In this document: piece after piece, positions 25,653 through 32,000 of the stretch
How the letters are laid out: each line of letters starts with the position of its first letter
Position numbering within the stretch: the first letter of the stretch is position 1
NCBI GenBank assembly: GCA_000025185.1
Contig: CP001848.1
Span: 6,060,001-6,092,000 of the forward strand
Length of the DNA: 32,000 nucleotides
From: Pirellula staleyi DSM 6068
GTDB taxonomy: Bacteria > Planctomycetota > Planctomycetia > Pirellulales > Pirellulaceae
Reading direction: 5' to 3'
The notes under the pieces: generated by a model
Database searches by the model: none
Told to the model about the DNA's origin: nothing
What the model saw: only the letters and a program-made list of their open reading frames with translations
Made by a program: the position numbers and the translations under genes

Positions 25653-26965
25653 TGTTCTACTACAACACCATCGTCGTACTTGCGGGGGTCGGTTTGCTCG
25701 GAGCAGGGAGCGGACTAGTTGGCGCTCTCGGTGTCTTGCGGCGGCGCTCGCTGCTCGGAGATGCCCTCGCCCACGCTTCGCTCCCGGGAATCTGTCTCGG
25801 ATTTCTCGTCGCTGGCTCGCGCAACATTCCGCTGATGATGCTTGGAGCACTCGCAAGTGGCGTGCTGGGAATCGTTGCCATCGGCGCTTTGTCGCGCTAC
25901 ACACGCATCCGCGAAGATTCTTCCATCGGCATCGTTTTGAGCGTCTTTTTTGGGCTCGGCGTGGTCATGAGCCAAATGATTCGCAACCACACGCAGCATG
26001 GCAGCACTGCGGGGCTCGAGTCATATATCCTTGGCAAAACCGCAGGCATGACACGCGGCGATGTCTATGGAATTCTCGCGATCGCGATCGCTTGTGTCGT
26101 GCTGGTGGTGCTGCTGCACAAAGAGCTGAAACTTGTCGCCTTCGATGCCGATTTCGCCAAGTCGCTCGGCTGGCCGGTCTATGCCATCGACCTGGCGCTC
26201 ATGACACTCATCGCGCTGGCGGTCGTCGTGGGACTGCATGCTGTGGGTGTGGTGCTGATTGCCGCCATGCTCATCATGCCGGGTGTGAGTAGCCGCTTCT
26301 GGACCGATCGTTTCTCGACACTCCTTCTGCTCTCGGGCATTTTGGGCCTGTTTATTGGCGTGATCGGAACGATGATCAGTGCCGAATATCAGTTGATGCC
26401 TGCCGGGCCACTGATCGTGCTGACAGGAAGCACGGTGTTTATGTTTTCGCTTTTGTTTGGAACGCGACGTGGACTCATCGCGCGCGGCATTGCAGCGTAT
26501 CGCTATCAGCAGCATTACGCCCGGCGACAGCTACTCGTTAAGCTCTTCGATTTTCTCGAGAAAACGAATTTCCAGTCGACAGAGATTTCGCTCGACGACT
26601 TGGCGATTGCCAGCCAATCGACCGCACGCAGTATTCGCCAAGCGCGCGATCAGATGGTGGTAGCCGGACTGGCCAACTTCACGGCGTCTAAAAAGTTCGA
26701 ACTCACCACCGATGGACTCGTGGCTGCACGCGATGCCGCGCGCGACGAGCGACTCTGGTTTGAGTATCTCGTGGTCTACCCGGAACTCTCGTCGCAAGTC
26801 GACCTCAGCGTGAGCTCGATTCGCGATCTGGTTGACGATTCCATCGTGGTCAAACTCGAACGATCACTCAAGACAGCCGCGATTTGGCCCGAGATTCCCT
26901 CGCGACTTCCGACACCTGTGCTAGAGAAGAATCAAGACATTTCCTCGACCACGGGGAGACCTTGA
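25652..26965 (+). CDS. ABC-3 family metal permease fused to a C-terminal DtxR-like winged-helix/dimerisation module with non-conserved metal ligands
   Basis: The permease core (LLGDALAHASLPGI..., ~275 aa) is followed from ~26490 by ~155 aa. By eye these align to the DtxR N-terminal and dimerisation domains (..ISLDDLAIASQSTARSIRQARDQMVVAGL..FELTTDGLVAARDAARDERLWFEYL..). The start overlaps the upstream stop (GTGATG). Confidence 0.85.
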   Translation: MFYYNTIVVLAGVGLLGAGSGLVGALGVLRRRSLLGDALAHASLPGICLGFLVAGSRNIPLMMLGALASGVLGIVAIGALSRYTRIREDSSIGIVLSVFFGLGVVMSQMIRNHTQHGSTAGLESYILGKTAGMTRGDVYGILAIAIACVVLVVLLHKELKLVAFDADFAKSLGWPVYAIDLALMTLIALAVVVGLHAVGVVLIAAMLIMPGVSSRFWTDRFSTLLLLSGILGLFIGVIGTMISAEYQLMPAGPLIVLTGSTVFMFSLLFGTRRGLIARGIAAYRYQQHYARRQLLVKLFDFLEKTNFQSTEISLDDLAIASQSTARSIRQARDQMVVAGLANFTASKKFELTTDGLVAARDAARDERLWFEYLVVYPELSSQVDLSVSSIRDLVDDSIVVKLERSLKTAAIWPEIPSRLPTPVLEKNQDISSTTGRP

Positions 26966-28410
26966 TGCACGACCCAGCAAACGAGAACCGCGTCACGACA
27001 GCCTGGTCGCGCAACCGTAGCGATGCTGTTTGGTTGATGCTCTACCTCACCTGTGCTGCGATTGTCGCCGCGCTGGCGAGCTATAGAACCATCGACGACA
27101 CGAATCGCCTCCTCGCGCTACGCACCATGGCGATCGGTGTTTGCTGCGGTGCGAGCTGCGCGCTAGTGGGATGCTATCTCGTCCTTCGCAAAATGAGCCT
27201 GCTTGGAGACGCAATCAGCCACTCGGTGCTGCCTGGCATCGCCATCGCCTATTTTCTCACAGGCCAAGTCACTGGCTGGCCACTCCTGGCGGGAGCGATG
27301 GTGGTGGGTGTGCTGACGAGCTTTCTCACGCAAACAATTCACTGGATCGGTCGGGTCGCGGAAGATGCCAGCATGGGGGTCGTCTACACCACGCTGTTCG
27401 CGGTCGGCGTGATCATGATGCAGACCTGGGCTCCGCGTGCGCATCTCGATGCTGACTGCGTGCTGTATGGGCAAATCGACTATGCGGCCGCTGATCTAGC
27501 CTCCCTAGCAGGCTACGATATCCCCCGCTCCCTTTCGCTTTTGGTCCCTGTGCTTGGCGTCGTGCTGCTCCTGGTCGTAATACTCTGGAAGCAGCTGAAA
27601 GTGACTGCTTTCGACCCCGCCCATGCCACTGCCATGGGAATTCCAACGGCGGCGATTCACTACATTCTGATGGCAGCCGTGGCTGTTGTGTGCGTGGCGT
27701 CCTTCGAGTCGGTCGGCTCGATTCTCGTCGTCGCCATGCTGATTGTTCCCGCCGCCACGGCTCAGCTGATCGCCGACCGCTTGGTGTGGATGATGGTATG
27801 GGCAACAGCAATCAGCTGCGTGAGCGCGGTGCTTGGCACACTGGTCGCATTTTCGCTCGACACCACGGTGGCAGGTGTAATTGCGGTGGTGAGCGGACTA
27901 CAGTTCGCGATTGCGGTGTTCATTGCGCCACGCCAAGGGCTAGCGAGCAAATGGCTTCGAAATTTGTCACTTGCCATCCGCATTCGGACCGAGGATTTCC
28001 TCGCGAAGCTCTACCGCCATGAAGAAACGCCGCTGACTTCGCCCATGGCCACCACCACCTCCCTGCTCGACCACATTGCAGTGTACGTGGCCTGGCGACG
28101 CGATTTGATTGCACGTGGCGCGCGAGGTGTCTGGAAGCTGACCGACTCGGGTCTGGAATCGGCACAGCGTGTTGTGCGAGCCCACCGGCTGTGGGAAGCG
28201 TATCTCGACACGCACTTCGACTTGCCGCGAGACCACTTGCACGAACCGGCCGAGTACATGGAACACTACTTAAGCGAACCGCTACAGCAGGAAATCGATG
28301 CGGAACTCGCAGGTCGTAGCATCGATCCCCACGGCAAACAGATTCCCGCCCTTGCCCCTCGCAAACCGGCCGAGAGCGCGAGTGAAATCCGCGACAACCA
28401 GAAACGCTAA
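26965..28410 (+). CDS. ABC-3 family metal permease fused to a C-terminal DtxR/MntR-family metalloregulator module with intact ligand positions
   Basis: The permease core (LLGDAISHSVLPGIAIAY...) is followed from ~27946 by ..WKLTDSGLESAQRVVRAHRLWEAYLDTHFDLPRDHLHEPAEYMEHYLSEPLQQEIDAELAGRSIDPHGKQIP (Fe_dep_repr_C-like). ATG 26965 overlaps the upstream TGA (TGATG). The ORF-track start at 26884 would overlap the previous gene by 82 nt. Confidence 0.88.
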   Translation: MHDPANENRVTTAWSRNRSDAVWLMLYLTCAAIVAALASYRTIDDTNRLLALRTMAIGVCCGASCALVGCYLVLRKMSLLGDAISHSVLPGIAIAYFLTGQVTGWPLLAGAMVVGVLTSFLTQTIHWIGRVAEDASMGVVYTTLFAVGVIMMQTWAPRAHLDADCVLYGQIDYAAADLASLAGYDIPRSLSLLVPVLGVVLLLVVILWKQLKVTAFDPAHATAMGIPTAAIHYILMAAVAVVCVASFESVGSILVVAMLIVPAATAQLIADRLVWMMVWATAISCVSAVLGTLVAFSLDTTVAGVIAVVSGLQFAIAVFIAPRQGLASKWLRNLSLAIRIRTEDFLAKLYRHEETPLTSPMATTTSLLDHIAVYVAWRRDLIARGARGVWKLTDSGLESAQRVVRAHRLWEAYLDTHFDLPRDHLHEPAEYMEHYLSEPLQQEIDAELAGRSIDPHGKQIPALAPRKPAESASEIRDNQKR

Positions 28411-28443
28411 CAAGCCTTGCGGAAAATGTGTTGCGCTTTGGCC

Positions 28444-29568
28444 TTAGCCAATCAACGGCTCGCTGACGGTGCTGCTGCGAGCGATCAACTCACCCGGCAC
28501 CACCACTTTCATCGGCGGCGCGCCGACACTTTTGCGACGCCAGCGCATCACATCCAGCGCTCGTGCCGCTACGGTTTTGGCAGGGTAGGTATAGGCGGTA
28601 ATCCCAATCGAGAAACTCTCGCCCAGCCCCAGGCTATAGAACGCCGCTACAGCCGTATCGGTGGGAACCGACTTTCCTCGACGCAGCAGCTCCATCACCA
28701 CCCCGATCGCGGCGTGCTCATGAAAACAGATCACACTGTCGGCCTTCCAGGCGATAAGTTGATCGGTGAAATCGGTGTAAGTGGCCCCCACGGTTTTCGC
28801 GGTCGATTGGCCAATCACTAGCGAGTCGCTGATCCCCGCCGAATGCAGCGCCGAAAGATAGCCGGCGAGTCGTTCCACGTGGCTGCTGGTGGGTGATCCA
28901 GTCAGAAATGCAATCCGTTTACGCCCCAGCTCCAGCAAGTGACGCGTGAGCAGACGTCCCCCCTCGAAGTCGTGAAAGCTCACCAAATCGTGCTCGAGCG
29001 GGCGATCTTCGCCACGCAGGTTCCGTTCGATCAGCACGACCGGAAGCCCCAGCTCATCGCAGGTGGCGATCAACGTCTCATCGAGTCGCATCGCCTCATC
29101 GCTAACGCGCGAAGGGAGCAGAAAAATTCCTTTGGCCCCCTGCTCTTTCGCGGCGAGAACCCCCGCGCGAATCTTTTCAGCGCTCGCCTCGGGTGCCATC
29201 CGCAAACTATCGAAATCAAACGTCACACTCTGCTCGCGGGCCAGCTTGCGGAATCCCTCTGCTGTCAACTCAGCCGCCGCATGCTGATGCGGCCCTGGCG
29301 AAACGTGCAAGCAAACCGCCATCCGCTCGGCTACGGCGTTTGACCTCGATCCATCGCTCCCCGTCATTTCACTCTGGCCACCCAGTTCATTGCGAAACAA
29401 CTGCAGGGCTCGCGAGGCAGTGACACTCGAAACCCCAAACTGACTCGCCACCTTCCGCACGCTCGGAGCAGGATCGCTCGCCGTGGCCCGGCGCGATCGC
29501 ACTAAAAGTTGCTCAGCAATCTGCACGTACATCGGTCGCGTATCGGTCGTCATGGGACTGGCCTGCAC
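28444..29568 (-). CDS. AraR-like transcriptional regulator: GntR-type winged-HTH + LacI/PBP1-type sugar-binding sensor domain
   Basis: N-terminal YVQIAEQL...PSVRKVASQFGVSSVTASRAL (GntR HTH). The C-terminal part has periplasmic-binding-protein-like blocks (GIFLLPS.., LPVVLIER.., RIAFLTGSPTSSHVERLAGY.., ADSVICFHEHAAIGV.., ITAYTYPAKTVAARA). Alternative starts are at M6 and M13. Confidence 0.8.
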   Translation of the reverse strand: MQASPMTTDTRPMYVQIAEQLLVRSRRATASDPAPSVRKVASQFGVSSVTASRALQLFRNELGGQSEMTGSDGSRSNAVAERMAVCLHVSPGPHQHAAAELTAEGFRKLAREQSVTFDFDSLRMAPEASAEKIRAGVLAAKEQGAKGIFLLPSRVSDEAMRLDETLIATCDELGLPVVLIERNLRGEDRPLEHDLVSFHDFEGGRLLTRHLLELGRKRIAFLTGSPTSSHVERLAGYLSALHSAGISDSLVIGQSTAKTVGATYTDFTDQLIAWKADSVICFHEHAAIGVVMELLRRGKSVPTDTAVAAFYSLGLGESFSIGITAYTYPAKTVAARALDVMRWRRKSVGAPPMKVVVPGELIARSSTVSEPLIG

Positions 29569-29604
29569 AAAGTGAGTTACATGCTAGTCGTCTAGCACAT
29601 GAAT

Positions 29605-29614
29605 TGTATAGCAC
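29605..29614. promoter_or_regulatory. First copy of the 10-mer TGTATAGCAC (repeated at 29776-29785)
   Basis: Exact 10-nt direct repeat within the 226-bp divergent intergenic region. This copy lies 37-46 nt upstream of the regulator's ATG (29568). A related CTAGCAC lies at 29592-29598. Confidence 0.3.
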
Positions 29615-29703
29615 GGAGCCATTTCGCATGCAATACGCTGAAAACCAAGCTTTCCACTCTATTAAATTCTAGTAAATACTGCTGTTTGCTTCGATTTTAC
29701 TTG

Positions 29704-29731
29704 TTGACTCACCCTGCTCGATCTGTAGAGT
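29704..29731 (+). promoter_or_regulatory. Sigma70-like promoter candidate for the second DUF1559 gene
   Basis: TTGACT (29704-29709), a 16-nt spacer, then TAGAGT (29726-29731), in an AT-rich stretch ~64 nt upstream of ATG 29795. Planctomycete promoter consensus is poorly defined, so this is tentative. Confidence 0.3.
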
Positions 29732-29773
29732 ACATCACAGCCGAGCAACACGGCCGTACCATACGAAACACTA

Positions 29774-29788
29774 TGTGTATAGCACACA
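29774..29788. promoter_or_regulatory. Inverted repeat TGTGT-ATAGC-ACACA containing the second TGTATAGCAC copy (candidate operator of the adjacent GntR-type regulator)
   Basis: Read directly. It lies between the candidate -10 and the ATG of the DUF1559 gene. The GT-N-AC core resembles the general shape of GntR-family operators. Confidence 0.3.
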
Positions 29789-29794
29789 ATAGTA

Positions 29795-30811
29795 ATGTCT
29801 TCAAGCCAATCACTCGAGGCTACTATGCTCTCCAGGCCGATCCGCTCAGCACGCCGCCACCGTCTCTGCGGGTTTACGCTCGTGGAACTCCTGGTGGTGA
29901 TCGCCATCATCGGCATCCTGGTCGGACTCCTGCTGCCAGCGGTTCAGATGGCCCGCGACGCTGCCCGGCGCTCGCAAAGCCAAAACAACCTCAAGCAAAT
30001 CTGCCTCGCCACCCAAAACTTCGAACTGGCTCGGCGTTTCTACCCACCGGGCTTCGTCTGGAGCAACAGTCACTACAACTCCCCAGGCTTTACCGACGGC
30101 TCTCTCTTCCTACAGATCCTGCCGTATGTCGAAGAGGTGAATCGCCTACAGAAGGCGGAAGATAACAACAGTGCTTTCTACGCCATCACGTACGAAAGCC
30201 TTCCGCCGAAGGTGATGATGAACCCTTGCGATCCAACGCTCCCTAGCAATGGCTCGCAGTACCACCCCGGCACAAAGATCAACTATGCCGTTGGCTGCTA
30301 TGCCGCCAATGCCCAGGTGTTTGGCTGCATCACGAAGAACAACGCCAATAGAGCGTTCCCGGCGACCGTGCGAACGCATGTTCCTGCTTACGTGCTCGAC
30401 GGACTTTCAAACACCATCGGATTCGCCGAGAAGCAGTCGATTTTGCGGAGCACCACCAGCTATAGCGAAGTGACCTATTTCGCTTACTCCAACACCAACT
30501 ATGTCGGTCACATACCTGTCTTCGCGATGAAGCAGTCCGACATCATCACCCCGATTCGCTACGCCGGTTCGGGCAGTCTCGCGGTCCCCGCGAACGCCGT
30601 GGGACCTGAGTCAAAGTTTCAAATCACTCCGAAAGTGAGTGGCACCGTGAATCTTGCTGATTGGCAGCGGTGCCACGCCCCACGTTCTTCCGGCATCATG
30701 GTCGCACTGCTGGATGGCAGTGTCCGCATGGTCAGCAGCAGTGTGGATAAGAACGTCTGGTGGGGTGCTGTTACACCGCAAGGGAAAGAGATACTTGCGA
30801 GCAACTGGTAA
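29795..30811 (+). CDS. DUF1559 protein (pilin-like N-terminus, divergent C-terminal motif)
   Basis: [45 protein letters not shown]. The C-terminal ...[14 protein letters not shown] keeps the DG(S)VR core, but there is no His nine residues before the DG; the nearest is 12 residues before it (H-X12-DG). An alternative start is ATG 29825. Confidence 0.88.
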   Translation: MSSSQSLEATMLSRPIRSARRHRLCGFTLVELLVVIAIIGILVGLLLPAVQMARDAARRSQSQNNLKQICLATQNFELARRFYPPGFVWSNSHYNSPGFTDGSLFLQILPYVEEVNRLQKAEDNNSAFYAITYESLPPKVMMNPCDPTLPSNGSQYHPGTKINYAVGCYAANAQVFGCITKNNANRAFPATVRTHVPAYVLDGLSNTIGFAEKQSILRSTTSYSEVTYFAYSNTNYVGHIPVFAMKQSDIITPIRYAGSGSLAVPANAVGPESKFQITPKVSGTVNLADWQRCHAPRSSGIMVALLDGSVRMVSSSVDKNVWWGAVTPQGKEILASNW

Positions 30812-30874
30812 GCGATATCCGGGGCTTACCGGAAGCTTGCAAGCTATTTCTATCCCTTGTTTTTTCCACGATGT

Positions 30875-30917
30875 GCGGGCGCTTTCACGATCGCAAAACG
30901 GTGGTGGAAGCGCCCGC
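30875..30917. other. 10-bp inverted repeat GCGGGCGCTT / AAGCGCCCGC (23-nt loop) between convergent genes
   Basis: Read directly. It follows the 12-bp palindrome AGCTTGCAAGCT (30834-30845) and a T6 run (30860-30865). It may be a terminator for either convergent gene. Confidence 0.3.
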
Positions 30918-30945
30918 CTCGAGGCGTTTCTTCGATTCCGCTCTG

Positions 30946-31437
30946 CTATTTCCCCAAATCAACAGCGGGGACTGGCACCGGCGTTGGCACGTCGGAGATC
31001 GGTGCCACAGGAGCCGTTTGACAGGTGCCACAAGGAATCACGCGGCAAACCTTAAACGCTTGTCGCTCGATGACCTCTTCGACTTCGCACTTGGTGCCAC
31101 ATGGTTCTTCGCACGTCACTTCCTTCTTGACCAGCACCTTTTTCGTGCGAGCACACGCCTGGCACTCGCGGCAGCAATCGCAGCCGAAGGGAAGCGATGC
31201 TTTATGGAGACAGAAGGGAACTTCCTTCACCTCGTAGACGGTTTTCTTCGTCACCTTTTTGGCTGGCACCATCTTGCAGCGGTGCACCACGACGTCGCGA
31301 TACTCGATCACTTCTTCAGTACGGCAATTGGCGCAGCGATGCCCAGTGCCTAGCGCCTCACCGGCAAGCGTCAGACCAGCAGCGGTGAGTGAAACGATGG
31401 CGACGATCGCCGACGTGGTGAACGACAAATCGCGCAT
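30946..31437 (-). CDS. Secreted cysteine-rich hypothetical protein (15 Cys in ~135 mature residues)
   Basis: GAGGAG Shine-Dalgarno sequence ~9 nt upstream of the ATG. Signal-peptide-like N-terminus (AIVAIVSLTAAGLTLAGEA). Cys clusters are CANC, GCDCCRECQAC, CEEPCGTKC and PCGTC, interleaved with K/V/E-rich strands, then a Pro-rich tail. I recognise no family. Confidence 0.6.
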   Translation of the reverse strand: MRDLSFTTSAIVAIVSLTAAGLTLAGEALGTGHRCANCRTEEVIEYRDVVVHRCKMVPAKKVTKKTVYEVKEVPFCLHKASLPFGCDCCRECQACARTKKVLVKKEVTCEEPCGTKCEVEEVIERQAFKVCRVIPCGTCQTAPVAPISDVPTPVPVPAVDLGK

Positions 31438-31653
31438 GACGAAGTTCTCCTCGAGCTAGGGCGGATAGGCACGACGATGATCCCAGCGTGTCGCACGCCG
31501 TCCTATGGAGATCACTTCGTCAGGGAAAGAGCCCTGGGAACATAGCCTGCCGGCCTCTTAACGCGGATTTACCGATTGTAATGATCGGCGATTCCGCATT
31601 TTTGGCAGAGCTTCGCTAGACGGCAAAGTTTACCACGCGCTGTCAGGACTTCG

Positions 31654-32000
31654 TTAAGCCTGCGGACGAGGACGGGTTCGCTGCCAGCGCGAAAGAACAT
31701 CCTCAATGACCAGCGGCATCGTGCGGTTAGGGGGACCGGGAGCTGAGCTGTAGTGGGCTGCGCGAATCTTCTGGTTCATTTCGTCGACAGCATCGCGCAC
31801 CGCTTGCTCGGTCGCTAGGCGATCGAGCGCAAGCCAAAACCGTTCCACTTCGCGCGCGATGGCCAGTGCCGGTGGCAGTAGCTCGAGTTGTTCGCGCCGC
31901 AACTTCTCGCGAATCCACCACTGCTCATCGTGCACATTATCGATCCCTGGAATCGGCTTTCCAAAACCAGGAAGCGATTGAAACTTTCCCTCTTGCTGAG
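31654..32000 (-). CDS. DUF1992 (DnaJ-homolog subfamily C member 28-like) protein, 3' part (5' end beyond the window)
   Basis: The frame stays open upstream of the track's GVG/GTG start to the window edge and reads ..QQEGKFQSLPGFGKPIPGIDNVHDEQWWIREKL... This matches the DUF1992 G-x-F-x-x-L-P-G-x-GKP-(L/I) motif. Confidence 0.6.
   Translation of the reverse strand, partial: QQEGKFQSLPGFGKPIPGIDNVHDEQWWIREKLRREQLELLPPALAIAREVERFWLALDRLATEQAVRDAVDEMNQKIRAAHYSSAPGPPNRTMPLVIEDVLSRWQRTRPRPQA

Noticed and set aside
1-32000. Mobile elements, CRISPR arrays, tRNA/rRNA genes, defence or toxin-antitoxin modules
   Set aside because: No transposase or integrase-like ORFs, no terminal inverted or direct repeat arrays, and no T-loop (GTTCRANYC) containing cloverleaf candidates in the intergenic regions. 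Composition looks uniform across the window. Nothing supports an accessory island.

Overview
The window looks like a core chromosomal segment of a Planctomycetota genome, possibly Pirellulales-like. That placement is an inference from two DUF1559 'prepilin N-terminus + H-X9-DG' genes, the roughly 57-60% GC, frequent full-length antisense shadow ORFs and weak Shine-Dalgarno usage. Gene content, left to right:
- nusA (3' end), infB and rbfA.
- An EndoIII-fold protein with a lysine-rich tail.
- A tightly packed minus-strand block: proS, DUF4416, a WecA/MraY-type transferase, a Wzy_C(O-antigen-ligase-like)+TPR protein, DUF1573, and a tetraheme lipoprotein.
- A DUF1559 gene with its small lipoprotein partner.
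- A complete glycine-cleavage operon (gcvT-gcvH-gcvPA-gcvPB) extended by a lipoate-ligase-family gene and a methyltransferase.
- A TroA/Ytg-type metal ABC importer.
- An AraR-like (GntR-HTH + LacI-type sensor) regulator divergent from a second DUF1559 gene.
- A secreted cysteine-rich protein.
- The 3' part of a DUF1992 gene.

I found no tRNA/rRNA genes, CRISPR arrays, transposases, integrases or recognisable defence genes, so most of the window is ordinary housekeeping DNA.

The most unusual feature is the metal importer. Both of its membrane permeases carry C-terminal DtxR-like repressor modules, an architecture comparable to chlamydial YtgC-YtgR. One module keeps every DtxR metal-ligand position at exact spacing and the other has lost all of them. 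Tandem GTTTTG/CAAAAC palindromes lie in the operon's promoter region.

Secondary leads:
- The proS-led envelope-glycan operon.
- A catalytically degenerate phosphoesterase fused to a tetraheme module.
- The EndoIII-like protein with a histone-H1-like tail.
- The DUF1559 cassettes.
- An ORF-free 777-bp nusA-infB spacer.

All homology statements are by-eye motif recognition. No searches were run.
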